Source: Chrysomallon squamiferum (Eukaryota; Animalia; Mollusca). Taken from it: a stretch of 64,000 nucleotides of DNA. The stretch spans positions 3,534,001 through 3,598,000 of the forward strand of contig CM022676.1 of the NCBI GenBank assembly GCA_012295275.1, written 5' to 3'. This document shows positions 15,608-31,100 of the stretch, in pieces. The notes under the pieces are model-generated. The model saw only the letters and a list, made by a program, of their open reading frames with translations, ran no database searches and was not told the origin of the DNA. The position numbers and the translations under genes are program-made. Each line of letters starts with the position of its first letter. Position 1 is the first letter of the stretch.

Positions 15608-17199
15608 AATTAAATAAAATTAAATTAAAAAGGTAAATAATAATAATAAAACATTATGAAATAAATAGATAGATAAATAAATAAATAATGGAAAAAAAAT
15701 ATAAAAAAGACCCAAAAAATAAATGTGGGAAGGAAAAAGATATAAAATGTCAACGTCATCTTCAAGGAAATACATACATATGTATGCACGTCACACGCAC
15801 ACACACACACGCACACACAAACAGACACAGACATACACAAACAAAGGCTAATACATCATTTTTCCTTTTAGCTCTTTTTAACCATAATTCTAAAGGGTTA
15901 AGCTAAATAGAATATTTTGATTTGTTGAAATATTGGTAGGTTAAAAAGTGCACCAAAACCAGACTATCGTCATCGTAATCATAATCATCATCGTCATCTT
16001 CATCATCATCGTTATCATCATGGTAATCATTACATCATTATGTAGCTGACGTGTCTGTTGTTGGGCATGTTGTTTTCACATCCTGCCGTCTGAAAAGGTA
16101 AAATTAAAATCAAAATTAAAATTAAAATTAAAATTAAAATTAAAAATTAAAATTAAAATATTGTGTGATTAACGAAATAAGAGAGTGAAGGAAAAAGAAG
16201 TAGAAATGAACAGAAGGACGAATGTAAAAATAAAGAATTGATAAGAAAAATAAAGAAAAGAATTAAGAAAGAGAAAATAAGAAAGAAAGAAAGAAAAGAA
16301 AAAACGAAGGAGTAAATGAAAGAAAGAAACTCGAAGAAGAAAAAAGAAAGAATTAATAACTATATATATATATTTAAATACGGAAGGGAAAAGATTAAAT
16401 AAAAAAGGATAAATAATGGATAATGAAAGCAAAACACTATTCAGAAGATAAGAAAAAATAAAAAATAAAAATAAATAAAAAATTTAAAAAAAATAAATAA
16501 ATTTAAAGCGAGTTGGATATTAAATTTTCTGAAGCTGTAATTTCGTTTGTCAGTTTTGAAGTTGAAATGAAAGCTCGAAAGCAGAAGAAGACGTAATTTG
16601 AACGCAATTGACTGACTCTGTGATATTTGAAAAAAAAAAAAAAAAAAAGAGGAAAAATCATTGAAAACGATTCCATCATTTTTCTTCAAACAATTGCCAG
16701 CTGAAATAACAGTCTTCGTTAAATCACCAATGAGGGATTACATTTTTTTTTTTTTTTTTTTTTTTTCGATTTAACTGAATAAAAAAACATAAAGGGAAAC
16801 CCATTCTGCGTGTTCCCCTGCATTTCACTATCAAATAAAGATGAAAGAGCTCGGCCGAATTGTTGTTTGTCAAAAAAAAAAAAAAAAAAAAAACGAAATC
16901 TCCCAAACAAGGTCGACGACGACATTAAAGAGAAACGCAAATGGCCGTTTCAATGACGTCGTCATGGCAGCGACTTAGTGATGCCGACGTTTCCACATTG
17001 TTGATAACGTGCCCAATTACTTTTAAACGATAACCAATTACGCGACGCTCTTTGAACGTTCTCCAGCTGATTTCGACAGATCGGCGAAAAATATAAATCT
17101 CGTTGGATAAATTATGATAATCGATTTTTTAATTTTATTTTTTTTTTTTTTTTTAATACGGTAACGTCAAAAAAAAACGATAGATACAATAATGGTTCA

Positions 17200-17900
17200 T
17201 GGACAATACTAAAATATTCTGTGATAATGATATATATTAATGTCCTACCAAATATACACTAATCTTCTTTCGAAAATATTATGACATTCAGTATTATATA
17301 AATTTGACTTGGACCAGAACGGATACTGCAGTTTTCTAAAACGTAATATTTTATATCTAATATAGAATGCTATATGGAAAACACTAAACTATTCAGTGAT
17401 GTATACATTTTGATGGACTATGACGGGTACAATAATTTGATGGTAATATTTTTACTAGATACAATAATATTTTGATGGAATCACTAAAGTTCTTTGAACA
17501 ATACGATAATATACACTGAGGATAATTAGGTAACAACATACGGTAAATGAATAATGTTATGGCAATATAGACTTCGACGGACACAGTCATTTTTCTACTA
17601 TAATATTCTGTATTAGATTTAGTAATGCTTTGAAAATACACTGAAAAATACAGCAGCGTTTTGTGATAATATTCAGTTATATACAGTAATTGTGTAATGT
17701 TTTATACTAAGTACGGTAACATACAGTATTGTTCATATGGCAGAATATCATAATTCTGCATGATGTATGCGGTCATATTTTATACCAGATACAGCACTAT
17801 TTTCTGATTACGGTAATATTCTCGGACATAAACGGCAATATTTCATTAAATAAACGATACAGTTTATGATACGCACTTTAATTACGCGACAGTAATATAA
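17200..17900. repeat. Old degenerate short-unit (~20-25 bp) tandem array
   Basis: Recurring C(A/G)GTAATATTTT..GATA-like units; boundaries approximate. Confidence 0.55.
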
Positions 17901-18317
17901 TTAAATACACTATGTACGTCTGTTAAGACAGCGACCGTTCTGATCAATTATGGCGCACCTTTTGACACTTACAGACTCTGCTGTACGGTGATTTGTTCCG
18001 ACTGCTCAGTGAAACAGATCGTGATCGTAAAATCATAGTCGTAACGTGACTCGACAGAAATTCCGACAGTCGTTTGTTCGTAAACCGTACGACAGAAGAA
18101 ATATGTTTGCACTCCAGAAAAGAGGTCTGTGTCGATATTGCTGACTATGAGAGATAATAGCTTAGTGATTTTTCTAGTCTTTAATTAATGTTATTAGTAA
18201 GAAAACTCAGCGAACGATCGGTGAGCCGTGGATAGGGTGGAGAATAAAACAAAAACAATCATTTTTGTTTTTCTGTGTTTCTGTGTCGCTCCTTCTTCCT
18301 TTCTGTTTCTTATCTCT

Positions 18318-18406
<89 letters not shown>

Positions 18407-18465
18407 GTCCTCTTATTCTTTCTTTGGCTGTCTCTTTCTCTCTCAGCGAAAGTGTTTGTCTCTGC

Positions 18466-18498
<33 letters not shown>

Positions 18499-18648
18499 TG
18501 TATATACTTCTCCTTCTTTCAATAAAACCGATTTCATCCATCGAAATTCATTATTAAACTTATACACTGACATAACAAAAAATAATCCATCCTTTTTCAA
18601 AATCGTTGATCCGGATTTAGCAAAGCTTTTATCGTCCTAGCTAACACA

Positions 18649-18679
<31 letters not shown>

Positions 18680-19053
18680 CCCGTTTCAGTGAAATATTTC
18701 TGTCAACATTACTGACAGACTGACAGACTCAGGTCCGGAGAGGTCACATCGAATGTTTGGTTCTGTTGTCATGGCAACAGCAGCACAGAACCGTTGAAGG
18801 AGCTCGTGTCTGAGATAATTGTACAGCGAGAAATCAGAAATTCAGAATGACAGTTTTCGGTTCTAGCTGCTGGTTTTCGGTGTTGTTTGCTGACAGGATG
18901 AGATCATCTTAATCCGCTGTAGCTAAATGACAGACACGCAGATGAATACAGACATACAGAAATACAACGAGAGAGCCAAAGAAAAAAACACACACACACA
19001 AACACATATATGTATTATTTATTTTTTGAATCATCATGAACATCATTTTTATT

Positions 19054-19109
<56 letters not shown>

Positions 19110-19777
19110 TATTATTATTATTATTTCTGTATTTATTATATTTTAACGGACTCTGTAATCTGTCGGAAACTAACGAGAATTTAACACAAATTACGGGAAC
19201 AGACGGAAAGACACGACGTAATCGTATTTAAAGCTTTCCTGGGCCGTCTTGTCTACGAGAGAGCTAACGAAAGAATGATAACTCGGCATAATCATTAGAA
19301 CTCTTCAAACCGCCATTTCCCGGGTGACGCTTCGGTCCAAAAACCGCGAAATTCCACGCGATTTCCCCAGATCTCGAAGACTGGAAACCAATATTAATGG
19401 GATTTTGAAAAACGAAATCCCCAGCGCTCTAAGTCGGTCGTAAAGAACGTTTCTCCTTTGATAAATGGCCGTTGTTATTTTTGCACAGCTTCTTTTAAAT
19501 GGCCTGCCTTTGTTGGTTGTAAACCTTTTGTTTACACAAGAATGATGTCGAGTGCTCTCGGCGTTTATCGCATCCCAAAAAGAAGCCGAGCTTCGTTGGA
19601 AAACATCGACATAAATTGTTGCGTTGCTGCTTAGAGGGGAGATTTCGCTTTGACATTTCGATTAAAAGAGTGCGACTCCGGTGAGAAACCGGGTCAGGCT
19701 TTCTGTACGTTCAAGACGCGAGGTTTACGTCGTCGTTACTGCGTTTAGCAGCTCGTACCTGTTGAGAACTGGTTCGT

Positions 19778-19947
19778 TTTGAAATACACACAGGTTTGAA
19801 ATACACACAGGTTTGAAATACACACAGGTTTGAAATACACTCAGGTTTGAAATACACATAGGTTTGAAATACACACAGGTTTGAAATACACACAGGTTTG
19901 AAATACACACAGGTTTGAAATACACATAGGTTTGAAATACACACAGG
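19778..19947. repeat. 17-bp minisatellite x10 (TTTGAAATACACACAGG)
   Basis: Near-perfect copies; gives the 17-aa period CVFQTCVYFKPVCISNL in the ORF track. Confidence 0.97.
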
Positions 19948-20109
19948 TACAGAGAGAAAAACAAAGAAGAGATGATGTATGTGTGTTTGTTTGTGTTTGT
20001 GTATGTGTGTATGTGTGTATGTATGTTTGTATGTGTGTTCGTAAACACACAATTTTACAGAGTGTGTTAGTGTGTTGTTCTTTTGTGTCTCTGTGTGTGT
20101 GCGTGCGTA

Positions 20110-20183
<74 letters not shown>

Positions 20184-21621
20184 AGAGATACAAACAGAGG
20201 AGAGAGATGGAAAGATTAATTGAAAAAAAAAAGACAAAAAAATTAAAAAAAAAAAAAAAAGTAAAAAAAAAAAAAACAAAAAAAAAAAACCCACAAAAAA
20301 CCCTCCAACAAATAACAAAACAAAACAACAAACAAAACCAAAAAGAAAACAACAACAACAACAAAAAAAAACCCACGTATTTAACCCCCATTTCTTAATT
20401 TGTACCAAACACATCAACAATCACTTTATCTGAGCTTTTTTTTTTTTTTTTTTTTTTTTGAGAACTATCTGAAGCCATTTTTCAACAATTCCTCGGAGAC
20501 AACAGCTAATGTGTGACAAACACAACATCTCCCCGCCTCGCTCTTCACGTTTAATGTCATTTCTGTTTCAATCCAGATCAAAGCGCGAGAAACATTGATG
20601 TTTTTATTGAGTCTGGAAAACACTTAACCCGCTGCCGAAACTTGTGTCTGTTACAGACAGATCAACCCTTCTCAAAGAACGATTATTGCAGATTTTAACG
20701 TGCCCGTAGTTGTCGTGGGACTCCGTGGAAGGAGGCGATGTGGATGAGTCCAGTGTTGTTGGGCTTTTTGTCTCGTTGAGATGTTTACTTGGTGTCTGTC
20801 CTTAAGGAGTTATGTCAGTAAAATAAATATAATAAGAAATAAAATAAAATAAAATAAATGGAATTTAGACTGAAGGAAAGAAAACCAGCAGCCTATAAAC
20901 AAACATCCATAAAAAAAAGAAAATAAATAAATAAAAAAAAGAAAAGAAAAAGAAAATTAAAAAAAAAAAAAAAAAAAGAAAACCAACAAAAAAACAACAA
21001 CAAAAAAACCCCAACAACAAACAAACAGGAAACAACAACAAAACAACAGAAAACAAACAATAATAATAATAAATATATAAAACAGAAAAATACTATAAAA
21101 TTTAACCAATAAACATTACACACGACATAAATAACCATGACGTAACAACGCCAAGTTCCTTTCAGCCAAAACAACTCGATCAATTAAAGCGATCGAATGC
21201 GCATCTTCCGGAAAGGGAGAGTACTCTGTCTTCACCAGCATGACGGACAGTTCATGTGACCACCGACACACGTCGATAGAGCGACTACACACGAACAAAA
21301 GCTGGAAGACTCTCTCCGATAATTTCTGGGAGTGTGGAGGGCTGAGGAGACGAACAGGTTTGAACACCGCTGATAGGAAACAGAGAGATGAATGCTCTGG
21401 GGTCAGGCTCAACATGCCGGTTCGCCATCGACTTCTTACTGTTAATTACTTAATGGCAGTTAATCAGTACACGAGTAGGATCGGAACAGGAACACGGGCC
21501 AGTTTGGAAATGATGGGATGGTAAAAACAGAATCGAGAAGACAGTAGTTTAATAAAAAAAAAAAAAAAAAAAAAAAAAATAATAATACAAAAAATAAATA
21601 AGTGGAAATAATAATAATAAT

Positions 21622-21725
<104 letters not shown>

Positions 21726-22079
21726 CGCAACCTATTATCTAAACATACAAGTCTGTCTGTCTCTCTGACTTGGCGAATATTTTACAGAATTGATTAAAAG
21801 TAAATTGTGTTCAATTTGTTTATTATTTATTTGTTTATTATTTATTTGTTTGTTTGTTTGGGTATTTTTTTCTTTCAACCTTTGATTATTACCATTATCA
21901 TCATTATCACTCATCATTCTTTTTATCCTATATCATCTTATTTTCTCTTATCCGCATCATCATTATCATTATCTTATCTATTTTTAAATCATATACATTT
22001 TTTTTTTGTTTTAATATTGTTCCTTTATATTTTTGTTATCATTACTACCACCATAATCATTATCATCATCATCATCATC

Positions 22080-22114
<35 letters not shown>

Positions 22115-22243
22115 ATATCTATCTCTACCCAACATTTCTACCTCCGCGGAGTTAACAACTTAGACATTTAAACCAGGTATTATTATCTCATTTAACAGGA
22201 CAAAAATCCATGTTCTTAATGTTTCCTTTTCACAACATTTCAC

Positions 22244-22274
<31 letters not shown>

Positions 22275-23408
22275 TAATAATAATAATAAAATAAAATAAA
22301 AACCAGGAGACTTGGCGTTATTACACGAAAATTGCAATTGTTCAGATACCGCACTTAATCCGCATGCCGCATTTAAACCGCGTGCGGACCGTGACGGTGT
22401 CATTATATGACTGCCCCACGCATTGCTTTATTTTACTCGGGTATATTTTTTTTATTTTTTTTTTTTTTCTCTTTCGTTCGTTAGATCGATACGAAGTGAA
22501 CAATATTTTCGCCACACCCCAGTGATTTGTCAATACAGCGGAGACGGATTTCTGTGGTGACAGGAAAAACGCGGTCTACGCGAGTTTAAAGCAGAGATTT
22601 CACGCTTTGCGGAGTTATTGTTGACTGAGGTAAGCCAGAAAACGTCGTTATTTATTTATATATGTATATATGTGTAAGTAAACAGAAAGTAAGATGGGTT
22701 CAGTTCGCATGTCATATATCACTGTGTCATATATATCTATATTATATATCACTGTGTCATATATCTCTATATTATGTATGTATGTATGTATGTGTGTATG
22801 TATGTATGTATGTATGTATGTGTGTGTGTGTATGTATGCAGTTTCAAATTTATTTCTATAATGATGATCGTCAGAATCATTACTATCAACATTATCAATC
22901 ATATTAATTATGATGATGATGGTAACAGTAAGGCGACAACGACAGCATCAATAGCAACAACAATAGCAACAACAACAGCAACAACAACAACAACAACAAT
23001 AATAAAATAATGATTTAATAAAATGCACAGGGATGTGATGGAAATATACACTAAAATGCTCTAGAAACTTAAATTTAACCTTCCATATAAAAAATTTAAA
23101 AAAACAAACAAATAATTATGCTAATTTAAAAAAAATAAAATAAAAATGCCAATATAATCCGTGCTAATTGGTATATCAGATTACTATTATTACATCAACT
23201 ACGACGACAGGAACAGGATTGAGACACGACGGTGCGGAAAAGACATGAAAACAAAGGAAGACGCGTGACTAGTTGAAAGCGTACAAAAAGGCAAAATGAC
23301 AAACAAAGTCAGTACGTAAAGGGCAAGTGACATTGAAATAATATCATAAAGACTGAGTGGTATATCAAATTAATACAAAACAACGCAAGTGACATAACAA
23401 AATAATAG

Positions 23409-23445
<37 letters not shown>

Positions 23446-23691
23446 TAAGTGATGTATTAAAATAATACAAAGAAAGGGTATGATGTATATATTATTAAAA
23501 CAAACAAGGGAATGAAACGGAGAAAAAAAAACATAACAAAATAAAATAAAACAAAACAAAGAAGCACATATTAAATAACAAAAATAAAAGAGAATGAAAT
23601 AGAACAGAATAAAAATAAAATAACTAAATGAGTAAATAAATAAATAAATAAATAATAAATAAAAGGTTATTCGATATTTCTAAACAGCAAT

Positions 23692-23801
<110 letters not shown>

Positions 23802-24395
23802 CATAACATCGCACCCTATTATCTAAACATACAATGCATTACAAATTTCATACAGCAGTTTCCTCAATTCACGAATCGCTCTTGTTCCTAAGTGACAGTT
23901 ATGAATATTCATGACCACTCTATCAGCACCTTTATTACGGTTGTATGAAATAATTAAAACATGTTTCATGATAACAATGTTTAATACATTTATACATGTC
24001 AGATAGGAATTATCAGAACATTGCCTGCCAACTGACAAAGAGCGTGCAAGAGATAAAAAAAAATATCATTAACGTTTACAAGTTATCATTTATCTTGCAA
24101 CAAAAATGATTGAACTGCTGTTGTTTGTTGCTATGGCGACTGTTACTACTATTGGTACTACCACAGTAACTGCGGTTATTATTATTTTGAGTACTACTAC
24201 AACGAACACCGGCAGCAATATTACTGCTACTACCAAAACAACCATTACGGCTACTACCACTTCTACAAACCACAAGCAGTACTAACACTGCTACCTCTAC
24301 AGCAGCATCAGCAACAATAACTACTATTGTACTGCTGCTGCTGCTACTACTACTACCACTATTATTAACATTATTACTGCTACTATTGGTATTTT

Positions 24396-24458
<63 letters not shown>

Positions 24459-25123
24459 ACTGCTGCTACTACGTCTTGTGTCGATTCCACTACAGCTGCA
24501 ATGACTATATTCAGTTACTTCTACCATAACTACGACATAGACAAATATAAAAATAAAAAAATAAAATGCAACTAAGAATATACAAATTCGAAGACAACGA
24601 CAAATCCACAGCAACAACAACAACAACAACAACAAAAATAATAACAATAACAATAACAACAGCAATAACAACAATCATAACAATAACTTTCTTTTATTGT
24701 TAACTTTTTCTTTTTAATTACGTTTCTTTTTTTCTTTTTTTTTTCTTGTTTTCACGATACACAAAATCTGACAACTATGTTGCATTATTCTTTTCAAACA
24801 TTTATACTATTACGTTACGGAATTAATAACCACCATGAAAATACAATAAATATTTAATAGCACTAAATGATTTAGTCTGACAATTTAAGCGATATGAATT
24901 AAATACAGTGCAATTAACAGATAAAATATCACGCCGTCTTTATTAACGAAGACACCGGAGCGGTCCATTTCTTCTTATAGGGGAGTGAGGATCTAAACTG
25001 TCGACGATTTATTAATGTAGAATAAGTCACAGAGTAATTAATATGAAGAAATAAATGCTTCATTGACTATTCACGTATAGCTGGAGTTATTAATAAATTA
25101 ATTGGCTGGACAGAACCTACTAG

Positions 25124-25158
25124 AGAACCTTCCGGAACCTTCTAGAACCTTCCGGAAG
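25124..25158. promoter_or_regulatory. Perfect extended heat-shock element (7 alternating nGAAn pentamers)
   Basis: aGAAc cTTCc gGAAc cTTCt aGAAc cTTCc gGAAg. The match is exact; function is untested. Confidence 0.6.
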
Positions 25159-25604
25159 ATTGTGGTAGCGTCTGGAACCGACCCTAGACAGAGTACTAAA
25201 AGAAAAGTAAATCAATACAGTCTTGACAGATGTTAGTGTGTGTGGAGTCTGAATTAATTACGTCCCGGATAATCCTTCTGCAGACGTGAAATTAATAGAA
25301 AATCATTGAAAGGAATTAAAGGAGAAAATTGTTAGTGTGTGTCTGTTGAAAATGTGTGTGTGGTATGTGGTGTGTGTACATATATATATGTACGTATGTA
25401 TGTATGTGTTTGAGTGTATTTGTATTATGAGTATCTGTGTGTATGTATTGTGTGCCTGTGTGTGTGTGTATGTGTGTGTACATATATCTATGTATGTATG
25501 TATACAGTGTATATATCTATGTATGTATGTATGTATGTGTGTGAGTTTGAGTCTATGTTTGTATGTGTTGTACATATATCATGTGCGTATATATGTATTT
25601 TGAG

Positions 25605-25648
<44 letters not shown>

Positions 25649-26779
25649 TGTCTGTTTACACAGAGATCTAGAGAAAGATAATGAAAAGCAAAAACAGAAG
25701 TATAAAACTCTGTGACAGAAAGAAAGATGTATATATATATATAGACACATGCACCAACAAACTGATAGACAGAGCGGCAGACATACATACAGATAGAGAG
25801 ACAGACAAAAAGTCAGATAACCAGAGAGACAGAAAGACTGACAGACAGACATATAGATGGACATATAGAAAAACAAACATAGCTAGCACACAGACATGTG
25901 AATACACGGTGAGATACTGCCAAAGAGATAAAAAAAAAAATAATAATCTTTAAGACACAGAAGAATAAGTAGCATACAAAAGATAAAGATAAAAAATCAT
26001 CGACTGACATACAATACATACACAGATACACACACTATCATTAAACGTAGACACATACACAACGTTTGACTACTAACTGTCGTTCCACCCCAAATAAGAA
26101 GACTCTAGCAGATAATGAATCTGTCACTGTCACTGGCTGACGATGTCCAATTTAGATAGAGAACAGAGAATCAGGTTCTCTTGTCCAGCCCAGACTCAGC
26201 GTAATAGTCAGAGATGCGTTAATTTGACTCGGACGTTACAGAGACACAGAATATCACAACGCAAACTCAGCCTGCATATTTCTGTTCTTTGTTTGTCTGC
26301 TGATCTGCTTGTTTCTGTTCGTTTTTTTCTTTTACTTGATAGTCTGTTGGTGTATGTGGCTGTTTGTTTTGTGTGCTTATTTTACTTGTTTTGTGTTCTT
26401 GTTTGATTGTTTTGTTTGTTTACTTGATAGTCTGTTGTTAGTATGGTTATTTTGCTTGTTTAAGTGATTGCTTGATTTTTTGTTTGTTTGATAGTCTGCG
26501 GATGTTTGGTTGACTAGTTGGTATTTTTGCTTCTGTTTTGGATTTGGTTATTGGTTGTCTGCGGATGTTTTGTTTTTGACTAGTTGGCTTGTTTAAAATA
26601 GGGTCTGATAGGTATTTCTCTTCTGTTTTTTGGATGTTTGTTTATTTGTTTGTTTACTGGTTTTGTTGTGTTTCACTGGTTTTGTTTGTTTCAGTGCTTT
26701 TTGTCTGTCATTACTTTGTTTGTTTTGTTTTTGTTTTTCATTGGTTTTGCTTGTTTAAAATTGCTTTGTGTTTGACTGG

Positions 26780-27067
26780 TTTGTTGTGTTTCATTGCTTT
26801 TGTTGTGTTTCATTCTAGGTTTCATTGGTTTGTTGTGTTTGAACTTTGTTGTGTTTCATTGGTTTGTTGTGTTTCATTGCTTTGTTGTGTTTCATTGGTT
26901 TGTTGTGTTTCATTGGTTTGTTGTGTTTCATTGCTTTGTTGTGTTTCACTGGTTTGTTGTGTTTCATTGCTTTGTTGTGTTTCATTGGTTTGTTGTGTTT
27001 CATTGCTTTGTTGTGTTTCATTGCTTTGTTGTGTTTCAGTGCTTTGTTATGTTTCACTGGTTTGTTG
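26780..27067. repeat. 18-bp minisatellite (TTTGTTGTGTTTCATTG[G/C]), ~12 core copies from ~26846 plus degenerate upstream copies
   Basis: Visible array; MKHNKA/P period in the ORF track. Confidence 0.95.
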
Positions 27068-27661
27068 GTTGTTCCCTGGAGTCCTGGTTGTCCTGGTGGT
27101 TGGTTTGGTTGAATGGAGTTGTTCAGTCGCTAGTTGTCTACTGTTTTACTAGTTGACTTCCTGGTTCTTTGGATCACCTCTGGAAATTAACTGGTTTGTC
27201 GAACGGTTGATTATATTTCGTTAACCCTTACTCGATTGGTTGTTTAGGTGACCGGTTGCTAGGTGATTTGTTGATCGTCTGGTTGAATAACTCATCTCTT
27301 GGTTTGGTAGTACCTAGCATGCGTTGTGTTAAAAGACAATGTACATTTTGAATTCGTCATAGGCTACGTTTTCAAGAACAACCATCAAACACGCATAAAA
27401 CCATAAAACTCCCCCTGATCATAACTTGTGGATCCGCTCCTTTTTTTTTTTTTTTTTTTTTTACTTCTTCTTCCGGGTATTCATTTTTAAACACAACAGA
27501 AATTTGACCTACATTTATATCAATTTTCATCTCTCTGTTTCTTCTTCACAAAACGCTGCTTTGTTTTGTTTCTAATCAATAACAATTACCGGAAAAAATA
27601 TAAAAATAAAATAATGATCAGCGACGCTAATAACAATAAAAATCATATATCTAAAAAAGAA

Positions 27662-27699
<38 letters not shown>

Positions 27700-28168
27700 C
27701 ATAATAATAATCTCTGTAAGTGAAACGATTCAAATAACATCCGATCTGGTTTTTAACCGGGTGACATACATACGTAAGTACGTAAGTACAAATGCACTTT
27801 CATATATACATCCATGGCTGTGTTAACACACATACACACACACACACACACACACGCACACACGCACAAACACAAACATACACAGAGACACACATTCATA
27901 AAGATTAAAAAAATATTCAAAAATAAAAATAAAAATCCCCAACAAAAACAACACAAACCCGTCACCCCCTCAAAAAACAAAACAAAACAAAAATCCACAC
28001 AAAAACACACTTTTATACAAACACAAACATACATACAGATAAACATTTCATAAATATTCAAAAATAAAAAAAACACACCCCCTCAAACACAAAACAAAAC
28101 AAAAAAATCCCACAAAAAAAAAGGCTTTTATACATTAACGCATAGATATACATACAGATAAACATTTA

Positions 28169-28200
<32 letters not shown>

Positions 28201-28357
28201 CACACCCACGCACCTAAACACAGGCACATCACTCATACATTTATACATACGAAAGGTAGTTCCCGCTAAACCAACCAAAAACCTACTTTGAATGAAGAAC
28301 ATTTGTCAATATTCCTTTCACAGTGAGCACTATACACTCCAAACACCCACGCTGTTT

Positions 28358-28432
<75 letters not shown>

Positions 28433-28734
28433 ACACACACACACAGATAGATACACACTCAGACATACAAGACAACAAATAAAGGAAATAATAAAACTCA
28501 AATTTAAATACACAGCGATTAAAAAAAAAAAAAAAAATGAAAGAAAGAAAGAAAAAAAAAAAAACAAAAACAATCTATGTAAATATAAAAAAATTAAATA
28601 AATTCGAGTCCACTGTCAATTCCTTACCTCAGCAGAAAACAAGAAAAAAAAAAAAAAAAAGAAAAAAGAAAGAAAAAAAAACTCAATTTGTATTCTGAAA
28701 CGGGAACGACACGAATACGTTCTAGAGCGAAATC

Positions 28735-28774
<40 letters not shown>

Positions 28775-29107
28775 TGAATCGTTCACCGGATCGATTTGAT
28801 TGAGTTTATTACATCATCGATTAGATGTCTTAAAATCGCCCCTTTTAATTTGCCCAATGTCCTCGTTGCCTTCAAAACGTACGTTGAGGAATAAATGGGG
28901 GAAATTTTGTAAAAGATTTCTATAAAGTGTGCTCAATTTAGCAGAAATGGTCGGGACATTGTGGCCGACTGCGGTATATTTATTGACGAGCGCGGCAATA
29001 TATTGATTATCGTCTGCTACAGCACCATTTTATTACCGCCGATGTAGAAGAGTTACTTCGTAGATATTTTCAGTCTCTGTGGACTATTTTTCCTCTGTGG
29101 CGGTTTT

Positions 29108-29141
<34 letters not shown>

Positions 29142-29995
29142 ACTGGATATTCAAGTTTGGGGTAAGTTTGAAATTTTTTTAAATACATGTTTTTTAAATG
29201 TTACTAGTATGTTTTAAACTTGTTCACGTATTAACAGTGTTTATCGTTTTGCGAATTTAACGATTGCTGTTTACTGCAGTCTCGATCTATACGATCATGC
29301 GACAGACTTCGTTAATGCTGTTAACATTGTCTAAATGATTTTTAAATAAAAGAAACTGTGTCAGCAGTTGTTTTTACCTGATCAAAACGTAAATAACCCG
29401 TTTCTTGACAAATAAACTGAAGGAAACAAACACAGCTTTCGTTACTGAACGCAGAACGTTCAAACAGAATCACCTAACGCATATGAAAATCGTGTGTTGT
29501 TGTTCTTGTTTGCTTGTTTATATTTTTTTTTTTTTTTTTTTTTTTTTATTCTTCGAGTGTTTGATTTTCAAAGCAGTTGTTATCGATCGAACGCTGGAAC
29601 GTACAAAGAAGTGTTATTGTGAAGTTTGTTTCAAATGTTAATTAATCAGCATTTCAAATACGAGTTCGTTTAACGGTACGTTCGTTTGTTCTTCGTTACA
29701 TATCTGTCTGCCCCTACTCCCACCGATCTCTCTCCCTGGTCTCCCTCTAGCCCACCCAACATGTAGACACATGCACCACAAATTCAGACACGTTTTTCAC
29801 GTGTCTTTCAGTCTCTCTTCATCTATCAGTCTCTTTCTCTCTCATTCCCTTCTCCATTTACCTTCATGTAAAAGTAAAAATAATTCTTAGTGGTGTAATC
29901 ATTCTTCTTGTAATTAAAATAATATATATTAAGACGTTCTACCACCACCATCTACAACAACAACAACAACAACAACAACAAACAAACATCAAAAC

Positions 29996-30104
<109 letters not shown>

Positions 30105-30409
30105 TTATGTTGATGATGATAATGATGATAATGATAGTAAGATGGTTATCTATAGGAACTGCTTTAACGACCTTGTAATAAAACAACAACAACAACAACA
30201 AAAAAACAAACACACCAAAATATCTCTGCTGATTGTGCACTTCTTTTGAATTATAGTTCGAATCTCGAATCTCGGGAAGTGATGACGTCAAATAACCAAA
30301 TTATTCTGCGCGATGCATAAGATAAATGAATTACAGAGAGAAAGTAGTTAAACTTGGCGAATAGGCCTGTTTGTATACCGGTACAGCTCGTTATGGAAAT
30401 ATTTTGTAT

Positions 30410-31100
30410 TGGTATACGTAACCCGTTACAAATACATAACGTATTTACGTAGCTCTGAATACGTTAAATCACGCTTTGTATGTTTGTTTAATATATTTGT
30501 AAAACTCTGCAACAAATTATTAGGTTAGTATTGCTATGTAATTCATTAAAAACGTGCACCGTATTTATGTAAATAACGTTTTTTTTTTATATGCACAACT
30601 TCATATATTAAATGACGGTAAGAATCTTTAACGTATTTATGTAGTTTGCTTTTTGTGTGTAAAACATTACACACGTTTCACATATATTAAATTATTCTTA
30701 GCATGCAATACGTTACAAGCGTATACTTTATTTATGTAAATACATTTTTGTGTGTAGTAGGTTACAAATGTTTATTTATGTAATTATAATAGGCCAGAAA
30801 ACTACTCTCTGTATATAAAACGTTACAAATGTATAAAATGTTTATACAATGATTCTTTTATAATACGTTACAAACGTGTGCCATGTTTATGTAAATGACA
30901 CTTAATACAAAGGACGTTGCAAAAGGAATTATGTAGTAATGCATGTACATGTCACTGAGCATAACCTACGTTACAAAGACCATCGAAGTCTTTAATATTC
31001 ATTTATATTTAATACGTTACAAGTATTTAATGAAATTGTATAACTGTGAAGCATATTCAGTGAATCTTAATATGTAAAGCGTTAGAGTCTGTTAAATCTT
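30410..31100. repeat. Old degenerate ~45-55-bp tandem array
   Basis: Alternating ACGTTACAAA-like and TTTATGTAAA-like blocks, each recurring about 8-10 times; boundaries approximate. Confidence 0.65.
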
